Shown: positions 19,808 to 29,309 of the stretch, in pieces
Numbering within the stretch: position 1 is the stretch's first letter
Layout of the letters: every line of letters starts with the position of its first letter
Translations under genes and position numbers: made by a program
Notes under the pieces: model-generated
Seen by the model: only the letters and a program-made list of their open reading frames with translations
Told to the model about the DNA's origin: nothing
Database searches by the model: none
Source of the DNA: Acidobacteriota bacterium
GTDB lineage: Bacteria > Acidobacteriota > UBA890 > WLXD01
Direction of reading: 5' to 3'
Length of the DNA stretch: 64,000 nucleotides
NCBI GenBank assembly: GCA_963666055.2
Contig: CAXWPH010000012.1
Coordinates: forward strand, 352,001 to 416,000

Positions 19808-21205
19808 TCAGCCGATCTGAGGTCGTAGCAACACGAAGTACGCGGCTAACACTAGTGCCAGCAGGCGGGACATCCAGTTCGCCTCGTGGCCGCGCCCGGT
19901 CGACAACTTGAGAATCGGATAGGCGATCAGCCCGAGCGCGATGCCGTCGGCGATCGAGTAGGTAAGCGGAATGCCGATCAGGGTCAAAAAGGCCGGAAGC
20001 GCTTCGGTGGCATCGTCCCACTCGATCGTGGTCACGGCGCGCATCATCAGAGCACCGACGATCAGTAGCACCGGCGCCGTGATCGGCGGATAGCTACCGA
20101 TCATGGCGATAAGGGGCGTCAGCGGCAACGCCAGCAGGAACAGGCCCGCCGCGACGACCGCAGTCAGGCCGGTGCGGCCCCCCTGCTCCACGCCGGCGGC
20201 ACTCTCGACGTAGCTCGTCACCGTGCTTGTGCCGAGAACTGCACCCGCCACGGTGCCGATCGCGTCCGATATCAGGGCCCTACCGGATCTCAATAGCTGG
20301 CCGCCGCGCATGAGACGAGCGCGCTGCGCCACCGCCACCAACGTTCCGATGGTGTCAAACAAGTCCATGAACAGCACCAGCACCACCAACGGCAGCAGTT
20401 CCCACGACAGAGCCGCCGCCAGGTCCAGTCGCAAGAATGTCGGCGCGATCGATGGCGGGGATGCCATCAGCCGGTCGGCGACCTCGAACCGGGTCATGAG
20501 CATCGAGGTTGCATGCGTCCCCCCGGCAGCCGACAACAAGGAACGCGTCACCACGGCGGCGACGAGCGTCGCGCCCATGCCCAGCAGGAGCGCCGCCGGG
20601 ACCCGCCGGGCATAGAGGATTGAGGTCACCGTCAGGCGGAAGAAGAACAGCAGGCTGTCAGGCGAGTCTAGAGCCGCCGTGAGTGACACCGCCGTTCCCG
20701 GGTCGCGTACTATCACCGACGCGTTTTGCAGGCCGACGAAGGCGATGAAGATGCCAATCCCGGCGCCGATGGCGCTCTTCATCGATGTGCTCAACGCCTC
20801 GATCATCAGCTGCCGCACACCAAGCACCGACAGTACGAGGAACAGCACGCCGGCGACAAATATCACTCCCAGCGCGGCTCGCCAGGGCTCCGGATGGCCG
20901 GTCGCCGCGGCCGCTGGAATGATCGACAGCACGAAGAAGAAGTTCTGCCCCATTCCCGGAGCTTGCGCGACTGGAAAGCGCGCATACAGGCCCATGACAC
21001 CGGTTGCCAGTGCCGCAGCGAGACAGGTGGCCACCGTTACCGCACCGAAGTCCATGCCGGTGGGCGAACCGGTCAGCGCGCCGCTGAGAACCGCCGGCTG
21101 AAGAAAAATGATGTACGCCATCGTGACGAACGTCGTCGACCCGGCGACGACCTCCGTGCGTACGCTCGTACCTGCGGCCTTTAGCCCGAAGAACCGTTCC
21201 AACAT
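19808..21205 (-). CDS. NCS2 family (AzgA-type) nucleobase permease
   Basis: MLERFFGLK..GTSVRTEVVAG.TTFVTMAYI, APGMG, DLFDTIGTL and SYVESAAGVEQGGRTGLT motifs. Confidence 0.92.
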   Translation of the reverse strand: MLERFFGLKAAGTSVRTEVVAGSTTFVTMAYIIFLQPAVLSGALTGSPTGMDFGAVTVATCLAAALATGVMGLYARFPVAQAPGMGQNFFFVLSIIPAAAATGHPEPWRAALGVIFVAGVLFLVLSVLGVRQLMIEALSTSMKSAIGAGIGIFIAFVGLQNASVIVRDPGTAVSLTAALDSPDSLLFFFRLTVTSILYARRVPAALLLGMGATLVAAVVTRSLLSAAGGTHATSMLMTRFEVADRLMASPPSIAPTFLRLDLAAALSWELLPLVVLVLFMDLFDTIGTLVAVAQRARLMRGGQLLRSGRALISDAIGTVAGAVLGTSTVTSYVESAAGVEQGGRTGLTAVVAAGLFLLALPLTPLIAMIGSYPPITAPVLLIVGALMMRAVTTIEWDDATEALPAFLTLIGIPLTYSIADGIALGLIAYPILKLSTGRGHEANWMSRLLALVLAAYFVLLRPQIG

Positions 21206-21294
21206 GGCGACCTGCGTACGTCTTCCCCACAGTCAAGCAGGGCGCCATGGTAGTGCAGCCGCTAGTTGGGGGCCATGCGTGCGCGCTGGCCCTA

Positions 21295-21573
21295 CTAGCA
21301 GGCCGTGGTAAAAGTGTGGCGGGCCTGGTTACGGCGAGTTGGGGCCAGATGGAAGACGGCCTGACGCGGGCGATGCCCTAGCCATCGTCGAGGAAGGCCA
21401 ACGCCACAGATGGCCCCAAATCGTCGTAACCCTTCGGGCGACAGGGGGTTGCGCGCATATGCTACGTCGTTCGTTGTCAACGATGGGGTACCCATCGCCT
21501 CCTCCTCTCTCCTTGCCTCCACCTCGCAAGACCCTGTCGCCAGGCCCGCCGAACTTTTACCACGGCCTGCTAG
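21295..21573 (-). mobile_element. 279-bp palindromic MITE/REP-like element, copy 2 (inverted relative to copy 1)
   Basis: Same length and CTAG ends as copy 1; its reverse complement aligns colinearly; its terminal CTAG contains the stop codon of the Pal-like gene. Confidence 0.85.
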
Positions 21574-22163
21574 CGACCTCTCGCGGTAATCACGAACTCG
21601 TCGCGCCGGTTGGCGGCCCAGGCGGCATTATTGTGCCCGGGGTTGGCCGGAAGCTCCTCTCCGTACGACACCACCTCGATCCTCGATGCGGCGATACCAC
21701 GCGAGACCAGGTAGTCACGGGCCGCCTCGGCACGTCGTTGCCCGAGGGCCAGGTTGTAGCTAGGCGAGCCGCGCTCATCGGCGTGACCCTCGACAACGAT
21801 GGCGGCGTCGGGAACCCGGGCCAGCCACTCGATGTTGGCGTCGAGCGCCGCCATCTGATCGGCATCAATATCGGCCCGATCGAAGGTAAAGTAAATCGGC
21901 TGCAAGACACCCATGCGGTTGAGCTCTGCGGCGCTCAACCCGTCGTACGTAGCCTCCGCGGGCAGCCAGTCATCGGTTTCTAAGGCGACCTCGGGACGCA
22001 TGTAGGCGATCTCTACGGGTACGGGCCGAGTCATCGCCGGACCTTCGATGCGCCCGTCCGGCCAGGTACCGCGTACAACCGAGCGGCCCGGCGCGCAACC
22101 TGCCGCTGCCGTGATGGCGACAAGCGCCGCCGCCGAAACCATGTGCCTGGCGTGATCTCTCAT
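21570..22163 (-). CDS. Pal/OmpA-family peptidoglycan-associated lipoprotein
   Basis: Lipobox AAAGC; IYFTFD, EGHADERGSPSYNLALGQRRA, VSYGEE and NRRDEF motifs; AGGAG RBS. Confidence 0.88.
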   Translation of the reverse strand: MRDHARHMVSAAALVAITAAAGCAPGRSVVRGTWPDGRIEGPAMTRPVPVEIAYMRPEVALETDDWLPAEATYDGLSAAELNRMGVLQPIYFTFDRADIDADQMAALDANIEWLARVPDAAIVVEGHADERGSPSYNLALGQRRAEAARDYLVSRGIAASRIEVVSYGEELPANPGHNNAAWAANRRDEFVITARGR

Positions 22164-22503
22164 TGTCGCTCTCCTGGACGGCGTCGCGATTGCTACAGGT
22201 CGTGAGACGGGGTACTGCTGGCGTTCGGCATGGTTCCCGCTTGCGCCCATGTTGGGTCGCGCCGGCGGCGGCGACCAGACCAACCGCATGGCGCTCCTCA
22301 AGCGCGTGGACAGGAGCGGCAACCGACGGGCTGGGGCGACAGCGACCCGCGGCGGCTGCGACCAGCGCCAGGACGCGATACACAGGTCCGGGGCCAGCGG
22401 CCGGGCTGGCCGAAGGGGATGTTCGGTTGATATGCGCCGGAGAATGGCGTACGTAGGGGGTGCACAGGGTTGTTTCCATCGAAATTCGCCCGGAGGTAGC
22501 TCA

Positions 22504-23067
22504 ATGACCGATTCCGACGCTCAAGAGCCCGCAGCGCAACCTGATCCACCAGCGTCGACGGGTGACGCCACCGCGCCCGACGTTCAGGAGCCCGCCGCAC
22601 AGCCCGATCCACCCGCGTCAACGGGTGACGCTACCGCTTCCGACGCCAAAGCGGATATCGGCAAGCGTATTGTCGCCGTGTTGATCGATAGCGCCATCGC
22701 GTTCGCCATCGGTTTCATACCAGGGATCGGGTCATTGATCGGCGCCGCGTACATGGTGCTTCGAGACGGCATGGAATTCGATTTCATGAACCATCGTTCG
22801 ATCGGCAAGCACGTCATGAAACTCCACCTGCAGTCTGTCGACGGAGCCTCGCTTGATATCACGACATCGCTCAAGCGCAACTGGATGTTCGCGCTCGCGC
22901 CACTGGTGCCACTGTTAATCATAACGATCGTCGGATGGGTGCTCGTGCCGTTCGTTCTACTGGCGGCGTTGGCATTGATGGTGACCGAGTTGGTTCTCGT
23001 GCTCACGGACGCGGAAGGACGCCGGCTGGGAGACAAGATGGCCGGCACGAAGGTCGTCGAGGACTGA
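22504..23067 (+). CDS. RDD family membrane protein with N-terminal tandem repeat
   Basis: GGAGG RBS; KRIVAVLID, SIGK and GRRLGDKMAGTKVV motifs. Confidence 0.85.
   Translation: MTDSDAQEPAAQPDPPASTGDATAPDVQEPAAQPDPPASTGDATASDAKADIGKRIVAVLIDSAIAFAIGFIPGIGSLIGAAYMVLRDGMEFDFMNHRSIGKHVMKLHLQSVDGASLDITTSLKRNWMFALAPLVPLLIITIVGWVLVPFVLLAALALMVTELVLVLTDAEGRRLGDKMAGTKVVED
22516..22641 (+). repeat. Two 63-bp in-frame tandem repeats encoding D(A/V)QEPAAQPDPPASTGDATA(P/S)
   Basis: Units start at 22516 and 22579; 19 of 21 aa identical. Confidence 0.9.
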
Positions 23068-23085
23068 TTCTCGCTTTTAATTTGC

Positions 23086-23114
23086 GGAACCTTCTGCGCC
23101 TCGCGTGCGTCTAA
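23086..23114 (+). promoter_or_regulatory. Putative ECF (sigmaE-like) promoter of the ABC ATPase gene
   Basis: GGAAC-N17-CGTCTAA, preceded by an AT-rich tract, about 75 bp upstream of the ATG. Confidence 0.55.
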
Positions 23115-23190
23115 TTCAACGAGGCTTTCGGGTGTCCTGTCTCGCGTTCGCGGCTCCGGACACCCGCCACCCCGTGTGAAGGAGCATCCG

Positions 23191-23886
23191 ATGTCTGGTG
23201 AGCCGCTGATCAAGATGGAGGAGATCACCAAGGTCTTCGTAACCGAGGAAGTTGAGACGCACGCCTTGTCGGAGGTCTCGTTCGACATCGCACCTGGCGA
23301 GTTTGTGTCGATCGCCGGTCCGTCCGGCTCTGGCAAGACGACGCTGCTTTCCATCCTCGGGCTGCTCGACACACCCACCGGTGGCAGCTACCTGCTCAAC
23401 GCCAACGACGCCTCCAACTTCACCGCCTCCGAGCGCGCCCGAGTGCGCAACCGTGAGATCGGCTTTATTTTCCAGAGCTTCAACCTCATCGGCGACCTCA
23501 ACGTGTACGAGAACGTCGAGCTACCGCTCACCTACCGCGGCATGGCCTCTGCGGAGCGTCGCGAGCGCACCAACGCCTCGCTCGACCGGGTCGGCATGAC
23601 GCATCGCGCCAAGCACATGCCCAGCCAGCTTTCCGGTGGTCAGCAGCAGCGCGTCGCCGTGGCTCGTGCCGTCGTTGGTGATCCTTCCATTCTGCTGGCC
23701 GATGAGCCCACCGGTAACCTCGACTCTGGCAATGCCGCCGCCGTCATGGACCTGATGGCCGAGCTCCATCAGGGCGGCGCCACTATCTGCATGGTCACCC
23801 ACGACCCCAGGTGGTCCGAGCACGCTCAGCGCACCATCCACCTGTTCGACGGCATGGTCGTTGACGAGCAGGTCGCCGTCGTCTGA
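23191..23886 (+). CDS. ABC transporter ATP-binding protein (LolD/MacB type)
   Basis: GPSGSGKT, IGFIFQSFNL, LSGGQQQRVA, LADEPTGNLD and MVTHD motifs; AAGGAG RBS. Confidence 0.93.
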   Translation: MSGEPLIKMEEITKVFVTEEVETHALSEVSFDIAPGEFVSIAGPSGSGKTTLLSILGLLDTPTGGSYLLNANDASNFTASERARVRNREIGFIFQSFNLIGDLNVYENVELPLTYRGMASAERRERTNASLDRVGMTHRAKHMPSQLSGGQQQRVAVARAVVGDPSILLADEPTGNLDSGNAAAVMDLMAELHQGGATICMVTHDPRWSEHAQRTIHLFDGMVVDEQVAVV

Positions 23887-23946
23887 GCCAACACCAGCGG
23901 CGAGTCGGCTCTACAGCATCGGCAGGGCGTGGCAGAATCTCGCGCC

Positions 23947-24780
23947 ATGCTGAGCACCTCGTCCGAAGAGCCGACAAGCGGCTATCTGATCCCCATAGGC
24001 GGCGCCGAGAAGAAGGCGCGTGACCCGGTAATCCTCAGTCGCTTCGTCGAGATGTGCGGCGGGCGCGACGCGCGTATCGTCGTGGTGCCGACCGCCTCCA
24101 AGATGCGTACGACGGGGCCGCGGTACGCGCGCATCTTTACCGAGCTCGGCGCCGGTAACGCTACCTCACTGCCGTTCGCCGATCGCGCCGACTGCAATCG
24201 CGCCGATTGGCTACGCGTCATCGCCGAGGCGACCGGCATCTTTCTCACCGGCGGCTCGCAGCTACGGCTGAGTCGAACGCTCGGTGGAACACCGGTAACT
24301 AGCGCGTTGAGAGCAGCATCGAACCGCGGCGTCCACATCGCCGGCACCTCGGCGGGCGCAAGCTATCTTTCCGAGCACATGATCGCTTTCGGTGAGAAGG
24401 GCGCCTCACCCCGCACCCACATGGTGGCGCTGGCGTCGGGAATCGGCCTCACCCGCGACTTCACTATCGATCAACACTTCCGCGAGCGCGACCGACTCGG
24501 TCGCCTGCTAACCGTACTGGCATACAACCCCTCCATCGTCGGCATGGGACTCGACGAGAACACCGCCGCCTTCATCGCGCCGGACCGGACCATGCAGATC
24601 GTTGGTACCGGATCGTGCACTCTGGTCGACGGCTCCGATCTCGAGCACTCATCGGTGGGAGAGCAAGCCGGCGATCCGGTCTGTCTGCTCGGTGTGCGCC
24701 TGCACATACTGTTGCATGGCTGCACGTACGACATACAGACTCGAAGCCCGCTTCCGCCGAGGGAGACACAGAGCCGATGA
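23947..24780 (+). CDS. cphB: Cyanophycinase
   Basis: LIPIGGAE, GIFLTGGSQ, AGTSAGA (Ser), DQHF (His) and GLDENT (Glu); adjacent to cphA. Confidence 0.9.
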   Translation: MLSTSSEEPTSGYLIPIGGAEKKARDPVILSRFVEMCGGRDARIVVVPTASKMRTTGPRYARIFTELGAGNATSLPFADRADCNRADWLRVIAEATGIFLTGGSQLRLSRTLGGTPVTSALRAASNRGVHIAGTSAGASYLSEHMIAFGEKGASPRTHMVALASGIGLTRDFTIDQHFRERDRLGRLLTVLAYNPSIVGMGLDENTAAFIAPDRTMQIVGTGSCTLVDGSDLEHSSVGEQAGDPVCLLGVRLHILLHGCTYDIQTRSPLPPRETQSR

Positions 24781-27569
24781 AAATTCTCGATTCGCGCGTC
24801 TATCTGGGTCCGAGCCTCTACGCCCACTTTCCGGTGATCCAGATGACGGTCGATCTGGGCAACCTCGAGCAATGGCCCAGCGCTCGGCTCGGGGAGGGGT
24901 TCATCGATGCGCTGCTCGGCGCGCTGCCCGGCCTAGCCGACCACGGCTGCTCCTATCGCCAGCCCGGGGGCTTCGAGCGGCGGCTTCGCGAGGACGAAGG
25001 TACCTGGATGGGCCACATATTCGAGCACTGCGCCCTCGAGGTCCAAAACGTCGCCGGCAGCCACGTGACCTTCGGCCGCACCCGAGCCCTCGACAACGAG
25101 GCCGGCGTCTACGGCGTTGTGTATGAGTACGAGCAAGAGGACGTGGGACGCGCGGCCGGTGATCTGGCGCTCACACTGTTGCACAGCTTGCTGCCCGAAG
25201 AGCTACAGCCGCCGGGTGCTGTCCCCGCCGACTTCAATTTCGCCGACGAACGTGACCAGCTGATCCGCTGGGCGCAAAGGCGCGCCCTGGGGCCCAGTAC
25301 GGCGGCGCTGGTGCGGGCGGCGGAGGAACGCGACATTCCCTGGATCCGGCTCAACAACCAGAGCCTGGTGCAGTTCGGTTTCGGACGCTACCAGAAGCGC
25401 ATCCAGGCGACGATCACCAGCGAGACCCGCCACATCGCGGTCGAGATCTCGTCCGACAAGGAAGAGACCAACAAGATCCTCTCGGGCCTCGGCTTGCCGG
25501 TGCCGAAGCAGCGCCTGGTGCGCTCATCGGAGTCCGCCGTGCGCGCTGCAGAGCACATCGGCTACCCGGTAGTGGTGAAACCGTACAACGCCAACCACGG
25601 GCGAGGCGTTTCGATCGACTTGCGCGATGCCGAGCAGGTGGCCGCGGCGGTCGATCAAGCACAAGAGCACACCCGCAGCGTGCTGGTCGAGAGTTTCATC
25701 ACCGGCCTCGATCACCGTCTGGCAGTGGTCAACGGAGAGCTGGTGGCCGCCGCCAAGCGCATGCCCGCGCACGTAGTCGGCGACGGTATCCATACCATCG
25801 AGGAGCTCGTCGACAAGGTAAACGAAGACCCGCGGAGAGGTATCGGTCACGAGAAGGTCTTGACCCGCATCGAGTTCAGCCATCAGTCCGACCGCCTGTT
25901 GGCTCAGAGCAATTACCGCCGAACGAGCGTGCCGCCCAGCGACCAGATCGTCTACCTGTGTGCAACCGCCAACCTGTCGACCGGCGGCACCGCGATCGAC
26001 GTTACCGATATCGTGCATCCGGACAACCGCGAGATGGCAGTGCGTGCCGCCGGCGCCATCGGGCTGGACGTGGCCGGCGTGGACTTCCTCACCGACGACA
26101 TCTCGAAGTCGTACAAGGAGTCCGGCGGGGCTATCTGTGAGATCAACGCCGCCCCCGGCTTTCGAATGCACGTTTCTCCCAGCGAGGGTAAGCCACGCGA
26201 CGTCGCCGGTGCGGTGATCGACATGTTGTTTCCGGCGGGCAGCGCGAGTCGTGTGCCGATCACGGCAATCACCGGGACCAACGGCAAGACCACCACGGCA
26301 CGCATGCTCGCGCACATCCTCAAGTTATCCGGAAGCCGGGTCGGGCTGACGTCGACCGATGGCGTCTACATCGACGGCCAGCTCAGCGTCAAGGGCGACA
26401 TGACCGGACCGGTGGCGGCACGCATGGTGCTGCGTGACCCTGCCATCGACGTGGCAGTGCTCGAGACGGCTCGCGGCGGACTACTGCGCGCCGGCATGGG
26501 GTATCGCCGCTGCGATGTGGCCTGCTGCCTGAACGTGGAGGAAGACCACCTCGGCATGCATGGCATCGACACCCTGGAGCAACTCGCCGAGGTCAAGCGA
26601 ATCCCCATCGAGGTAGCGGCGGTCGCAGCGGTGTTGAATGCCGACGACCCCCACTGTTTGCGGATGGCGGATTACACGGAGGCCGAGCAGATCTGCTACG
26701 TCACTATGAGTCGCGAGCACACCCTGGTTAAGGCACACATCCGTGCCGGCGGCCAGGCGGTAGTGCTCGAAGAGGGCATGCACGGCCACATGATCGCACT
26801 CTATGACGGCGGCACCCACGTACCACTGTTGTGGACCTACTTGATCCCCGCAACCCTCGACGGACGCGCCATGCACAACGTGCAGAACGCCATGTTCGCG
26901 GCGGCGTTGGCCCACTGCCTGCACGTCGGCCTCGACAACATCAAGCAGGGTCTGAAGACGTTCGATACGACCTTCTTCCAGGCCCCGGGGCGCATGAATA
27001 TCTTCGACGAGCACCCGTTCAGGGTGATCCTCGACTACGGGCACAACCCGGCTGCGGTGCGCGCCATGTGTGATCTGGTCAGCCGCCTCGATCGCAAGGG
27101 CAAGGCAATCTGCGTCCTGGCAGCACCCGGGGATCGTCGCGACAAAGACGTCCGCCGGATTGCACAGATCGCCGCGCCCCATTTCGACAAGTTCTTCTGC
27201 AGGCGCGATGATCGGCTACGCGGACGCGGCACCGACGAGATCCCACAGCTACTCGCCGACACCCTGAAGTCGTCGGGAGTCGCGGACGAAGCCATACGCG
27301 TGATTCCTGACGAGGCCGAATCCGTCGATGCGGCGCTGCGTAGCGCCGCCTCCGGCGATCTCCTCCTCGTCTTCGCCGACAACTTGTCCCGTTGTTGGAA
27401 CCAGATCATCCACTTCGAGCCCTCCGCTGCGGCCGAGCCGTCGACGGTTCCGGTGGCCGCACCGATTGATCTTCCCGAGGTGCCCGTGAGCTTGCTTACG
27501 GGTGACGAACGACTCATCCGGGACGAACGCGGCGTGCGGCTGGCGCGCGAGGTCGAAGAGGCAGACTGA
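24777..27569 (+). CDS. cphA: Cyanophycin synthetase (CphA1 type)
   Basis: N domain HGCSY...GTWMGHIFEH; LGPST; ATP-grasp VVKPYNANHGRGV and EINAAPGFRMH; Mur domain ITGTNGKTT, ETARGG and DYGHNP; ATGA overlap with cphB. Confidence 0.95.
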   Translation: MKILDSRVYLGPSLYAHFPVIQMTVDLGNLEQWPSARLGEGFIDALLGALPGLADHGCSYRQPGGFERRLREDEGTWMGHIFEHCALEVQNVAGSHVTFGRTRALDNEAGVYGVVYEYEQEDVGRAAGDLALTLLHSLLPEELQPPGAVPADFNFADERDQLIRWAQRRALGPSTAALVRAAEERDIPWIRLNNQSLVQFGFGRYQKRIQATITSETRHIAVEISSDKEETNKILSGLGLPVPKQRLVRSSESAVRAAEHIGYPVVVKPYNANHGRGVSIDLRDAEQVAAAVDQAQEHTRSVLVESFITGLDHRLAVVNGELVAAAKRMPAHVVGDGIHTIEELVDKVNEDPRRGIGHEKVLTRIEFSHQSDRLLAQSNYRRTSVPPSDQIVYLCATANLSTGGTAIDVTDIVHPDNREMAVRAAGAIGLDVAGVDFLTDDISKSYKESGGAICEINAAPGFRMHVSPSEGKPRDVAGAVIDMLFPAGSASRVPITAITGTNGKTTTARMLAHILKLSGSRVGLTSTDGVYIDGQLSVKGDMTGPVAARMVLRDPAIDVAVLETARGGLLRAGMGYRRCDVACCLNVEEDHLGMHGIDTLEQLAEVKRIPIEVAAVAAVLNADDPHCLRMADYTEAEQICYVTMSREHTLVKAHIRAGGQAVVLEEGMHGHMIALYDGGTHVPLLWTYLIPATLDGRAMHNVQNAMFAAALAHCLHVGLDNIKQGLKTFDTTFFQAPGRMNIFDEHPFRVILDYGHNPAAVRAMCDLVSRLDRKGKAICVLAAPGDRRDKDVRRIAQIAAPHFDKFFCRRDDRLRGRGTDEIPQLLADTLKSSGVADEAIRVIPDEAESVDAALRSAASGDLLLVFADNLSRCWNQIIHFEPSAAAEPSTVPVAAPIDLPEVPVSLLTGDERLIRDERGVRLAREVEEAD

Positions 27570-27572
27570 GGC

Positions 27573-29309
27573 ATGCGGCTGATCGATTCGCGCCGCCTCA
27601 CGGGGCCAAGCCTGGTCCAGGACGAAGCCGGCGCGGTCATCGAGGTGGAGCTTCCGGAAGACGGCGCCGCGGAGCTCGTTGGCAATTGGCGTCGACAGGC
27701 GCAGCGACTCCTCGCCGCGGTCGGATGGGGCGAAGAGCGAACTGCCGTACGCCACTACGACGGAGGCGCCAGCCTGGCGATCAGCGCGCCCATCGACGGG
27801 CTCTACGCCGCCTGCGAGATCAACGAGGCTGCCTGGGCGACTGCGTTAGCGTCGTTTGGCGAGGCACAGCCTGCAAGCTACAGCCTGCCGCAACTGCAGG
27901 AGCTGGTCGACGCCGAAGCCAACCCGGCGTTGCTGGCCCTAGCCGAGGCGGCGGCCGATCATGGGCTCGCATTCCTTTGCGACGACGAGGTCGCATCGGT
28001 CGGGCTCGGGTCAGGCAGCCTGGCGTGGCCCGTCGACCAACTGCCGGCCCCCGATGCGGTGACCTGGGGCCAGGCGCACGATGTGCCGGTGGCGCTGGTC
28101 ACCGGGACCAACGGAAAAACGACGACGGTCCGAATGCTGGCCGCGATTGCTACGGAAGCCGGCATTCATTGCGGCAACACGTCGACCGACGGTGTGCAGA
28201 TCAACGGTACGACGGTGCTCAGCGGCGACTACACAGGCGGCGAGGGCGCCCGGACCCTGCTGCGCGACACGCGCGTCGATCTGGCACTGGTGGAGACAGC
28301 GCGCGGCGGTCTTTTGCGCCGCGGGCTACTTGTCGGGCGCGCAGATGTCGCCTATGTAAGCAACGTAGGCACCGACCATCTGGGTGAATACGGGGTCATC
28401 GATCTCGACGCTCTGGCGCAAGTCAAGTTGCTCGTGGCCCGAGCCATCCGCCCGGGCGGGGTACTGCTTCTGAACGCCGACGATGCGCTCCTGCGACGCC
28501 ACGCGGCCTCCGCCGGTGTGCCGGTCACCTGGCTCACGCTTGACGCCGAGGTGCCGCTGGTCGGCGCGGCGAGACGCTCCGGAGTAGCGTACGTCCAACA
28601 GAATGGGGTGCTCGGCCGGTTGCAGGACGGTCGCTTTGTAGCGCTTCTCGAGACCATCGCTGCGCCGGCCACCCTCGGCGGCGCAGCACGTCACAACGTC
28701 TACAACGCGCTCGCGGCTGCGGCGATCGCCGATTCCATCGGCCTCGCCGCCAGCGCCATCGGCGCCGGCCTGAAGGGGTTCCGTAGCGACGTCGAGCAGA
28801 ATCCCGGCCGTGGCAACTACTTCGAGTTCGGCAGCTTGAAGGCGTACGCCGATTTCGCCCACAACCCGGAGGGCCTGGAGCTGGTTCTGCAGATGGGGGC
28901 CGTGATTCCCGCCGAGCGCCGCCTGGTGATCCTCGGGCAGGCTGGCGATCGTGACGATTTCTCGATCGACCGCCTTGCCGAAGTCACCTGGCGCACCCGT
29001 CCGGAGCGCATCGTCCTCAAGCAAATGCCGGACTACCTGCGCGGCCGCGTTGAGGGTGAAGTGGTCGAGCGACTCCGGCAGCGTCTGCTGGAGCTAGGCG
29101 CCCCATCCGATCGCATTGAGGTGGTCGCCTCGGAGATCGAGGCGGTGAGGTCGGCGCTGCGCTGGGGGCGGCCGGGCGATCTGCTCATGCTGCTGCTTCA
29201 CGCCCAGCGCGAGGAAGTATTGAATATGTTGCAGGAGCTCGACGCCGCCGGATGGCGTCCCGGAGAAACGCTGCCGGATTCGCCCGTCAGCCCGCCGCCA
29301 GGCGCATGA
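27573..29309 (+). CDS. CphA-like Mur-ligase protein lacking the ATP-grasp domain
   Basis: N-terminus 'MRLIDSRRLTGPSL' resembles that of CphA; VTGTNGKTT, ETARGGLLRRG, DHLG, DFAHNP and AGDR follow directly with no ATP-grasp segment. Confidence 0.8.
   Translation: MRLIDSRRLTGPSLVQDEAGAVIEVELPEDGAAELVGNWRRQAQRLLAAVGWGEERTAVRHYDGGASLAISAPIDGLYAACEINEAAWATALASFGEAQPASYSLPQLQELVDAEANPALLALAEAAADHGLAFLCDDEVASVGLGSGSLAWPVDQLPAPDAVTWGQAHDVPVALVTGTNGKTTTVRMLAAIATEAGIHCGNTSTDGVQINGTTVLSGDYTGGEGARTLLRDTRVDLALVETARGGLLRRGLLVGRADVAYVSNVGTDHLGEYGVIDLDALAQVKLLVARAIRPGGVLLLNADDALLRRHAASAGVPVTWLTLDAEVPLVGAARRSGVAYVQQNGVLGRLQDGRFVALLETIAAPATLGGAARHNVYNALAAAAIADSIGLAASAIGAGLKGFRSDVEQNPGRGNYFEFGSLKAYADFAHNPEGLELVLQMGAVIPAERRLVILGQAGDRDDFSIDRLAEVTWRTRPERIVLKQMPDYLRGRVEGEVVERLRQRLLELGAPSDRIEVVASEIEAVRSALRWGRPGDLLMLLLHAQREEVLNMLQELDAAGWRPGETLPDSPVSPPPGA

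Noticed and set aside
21206-21294. Purine riboswitch upstream of the NCS2 permease
   Set aside because: No recognisable aptamer core or terminator.
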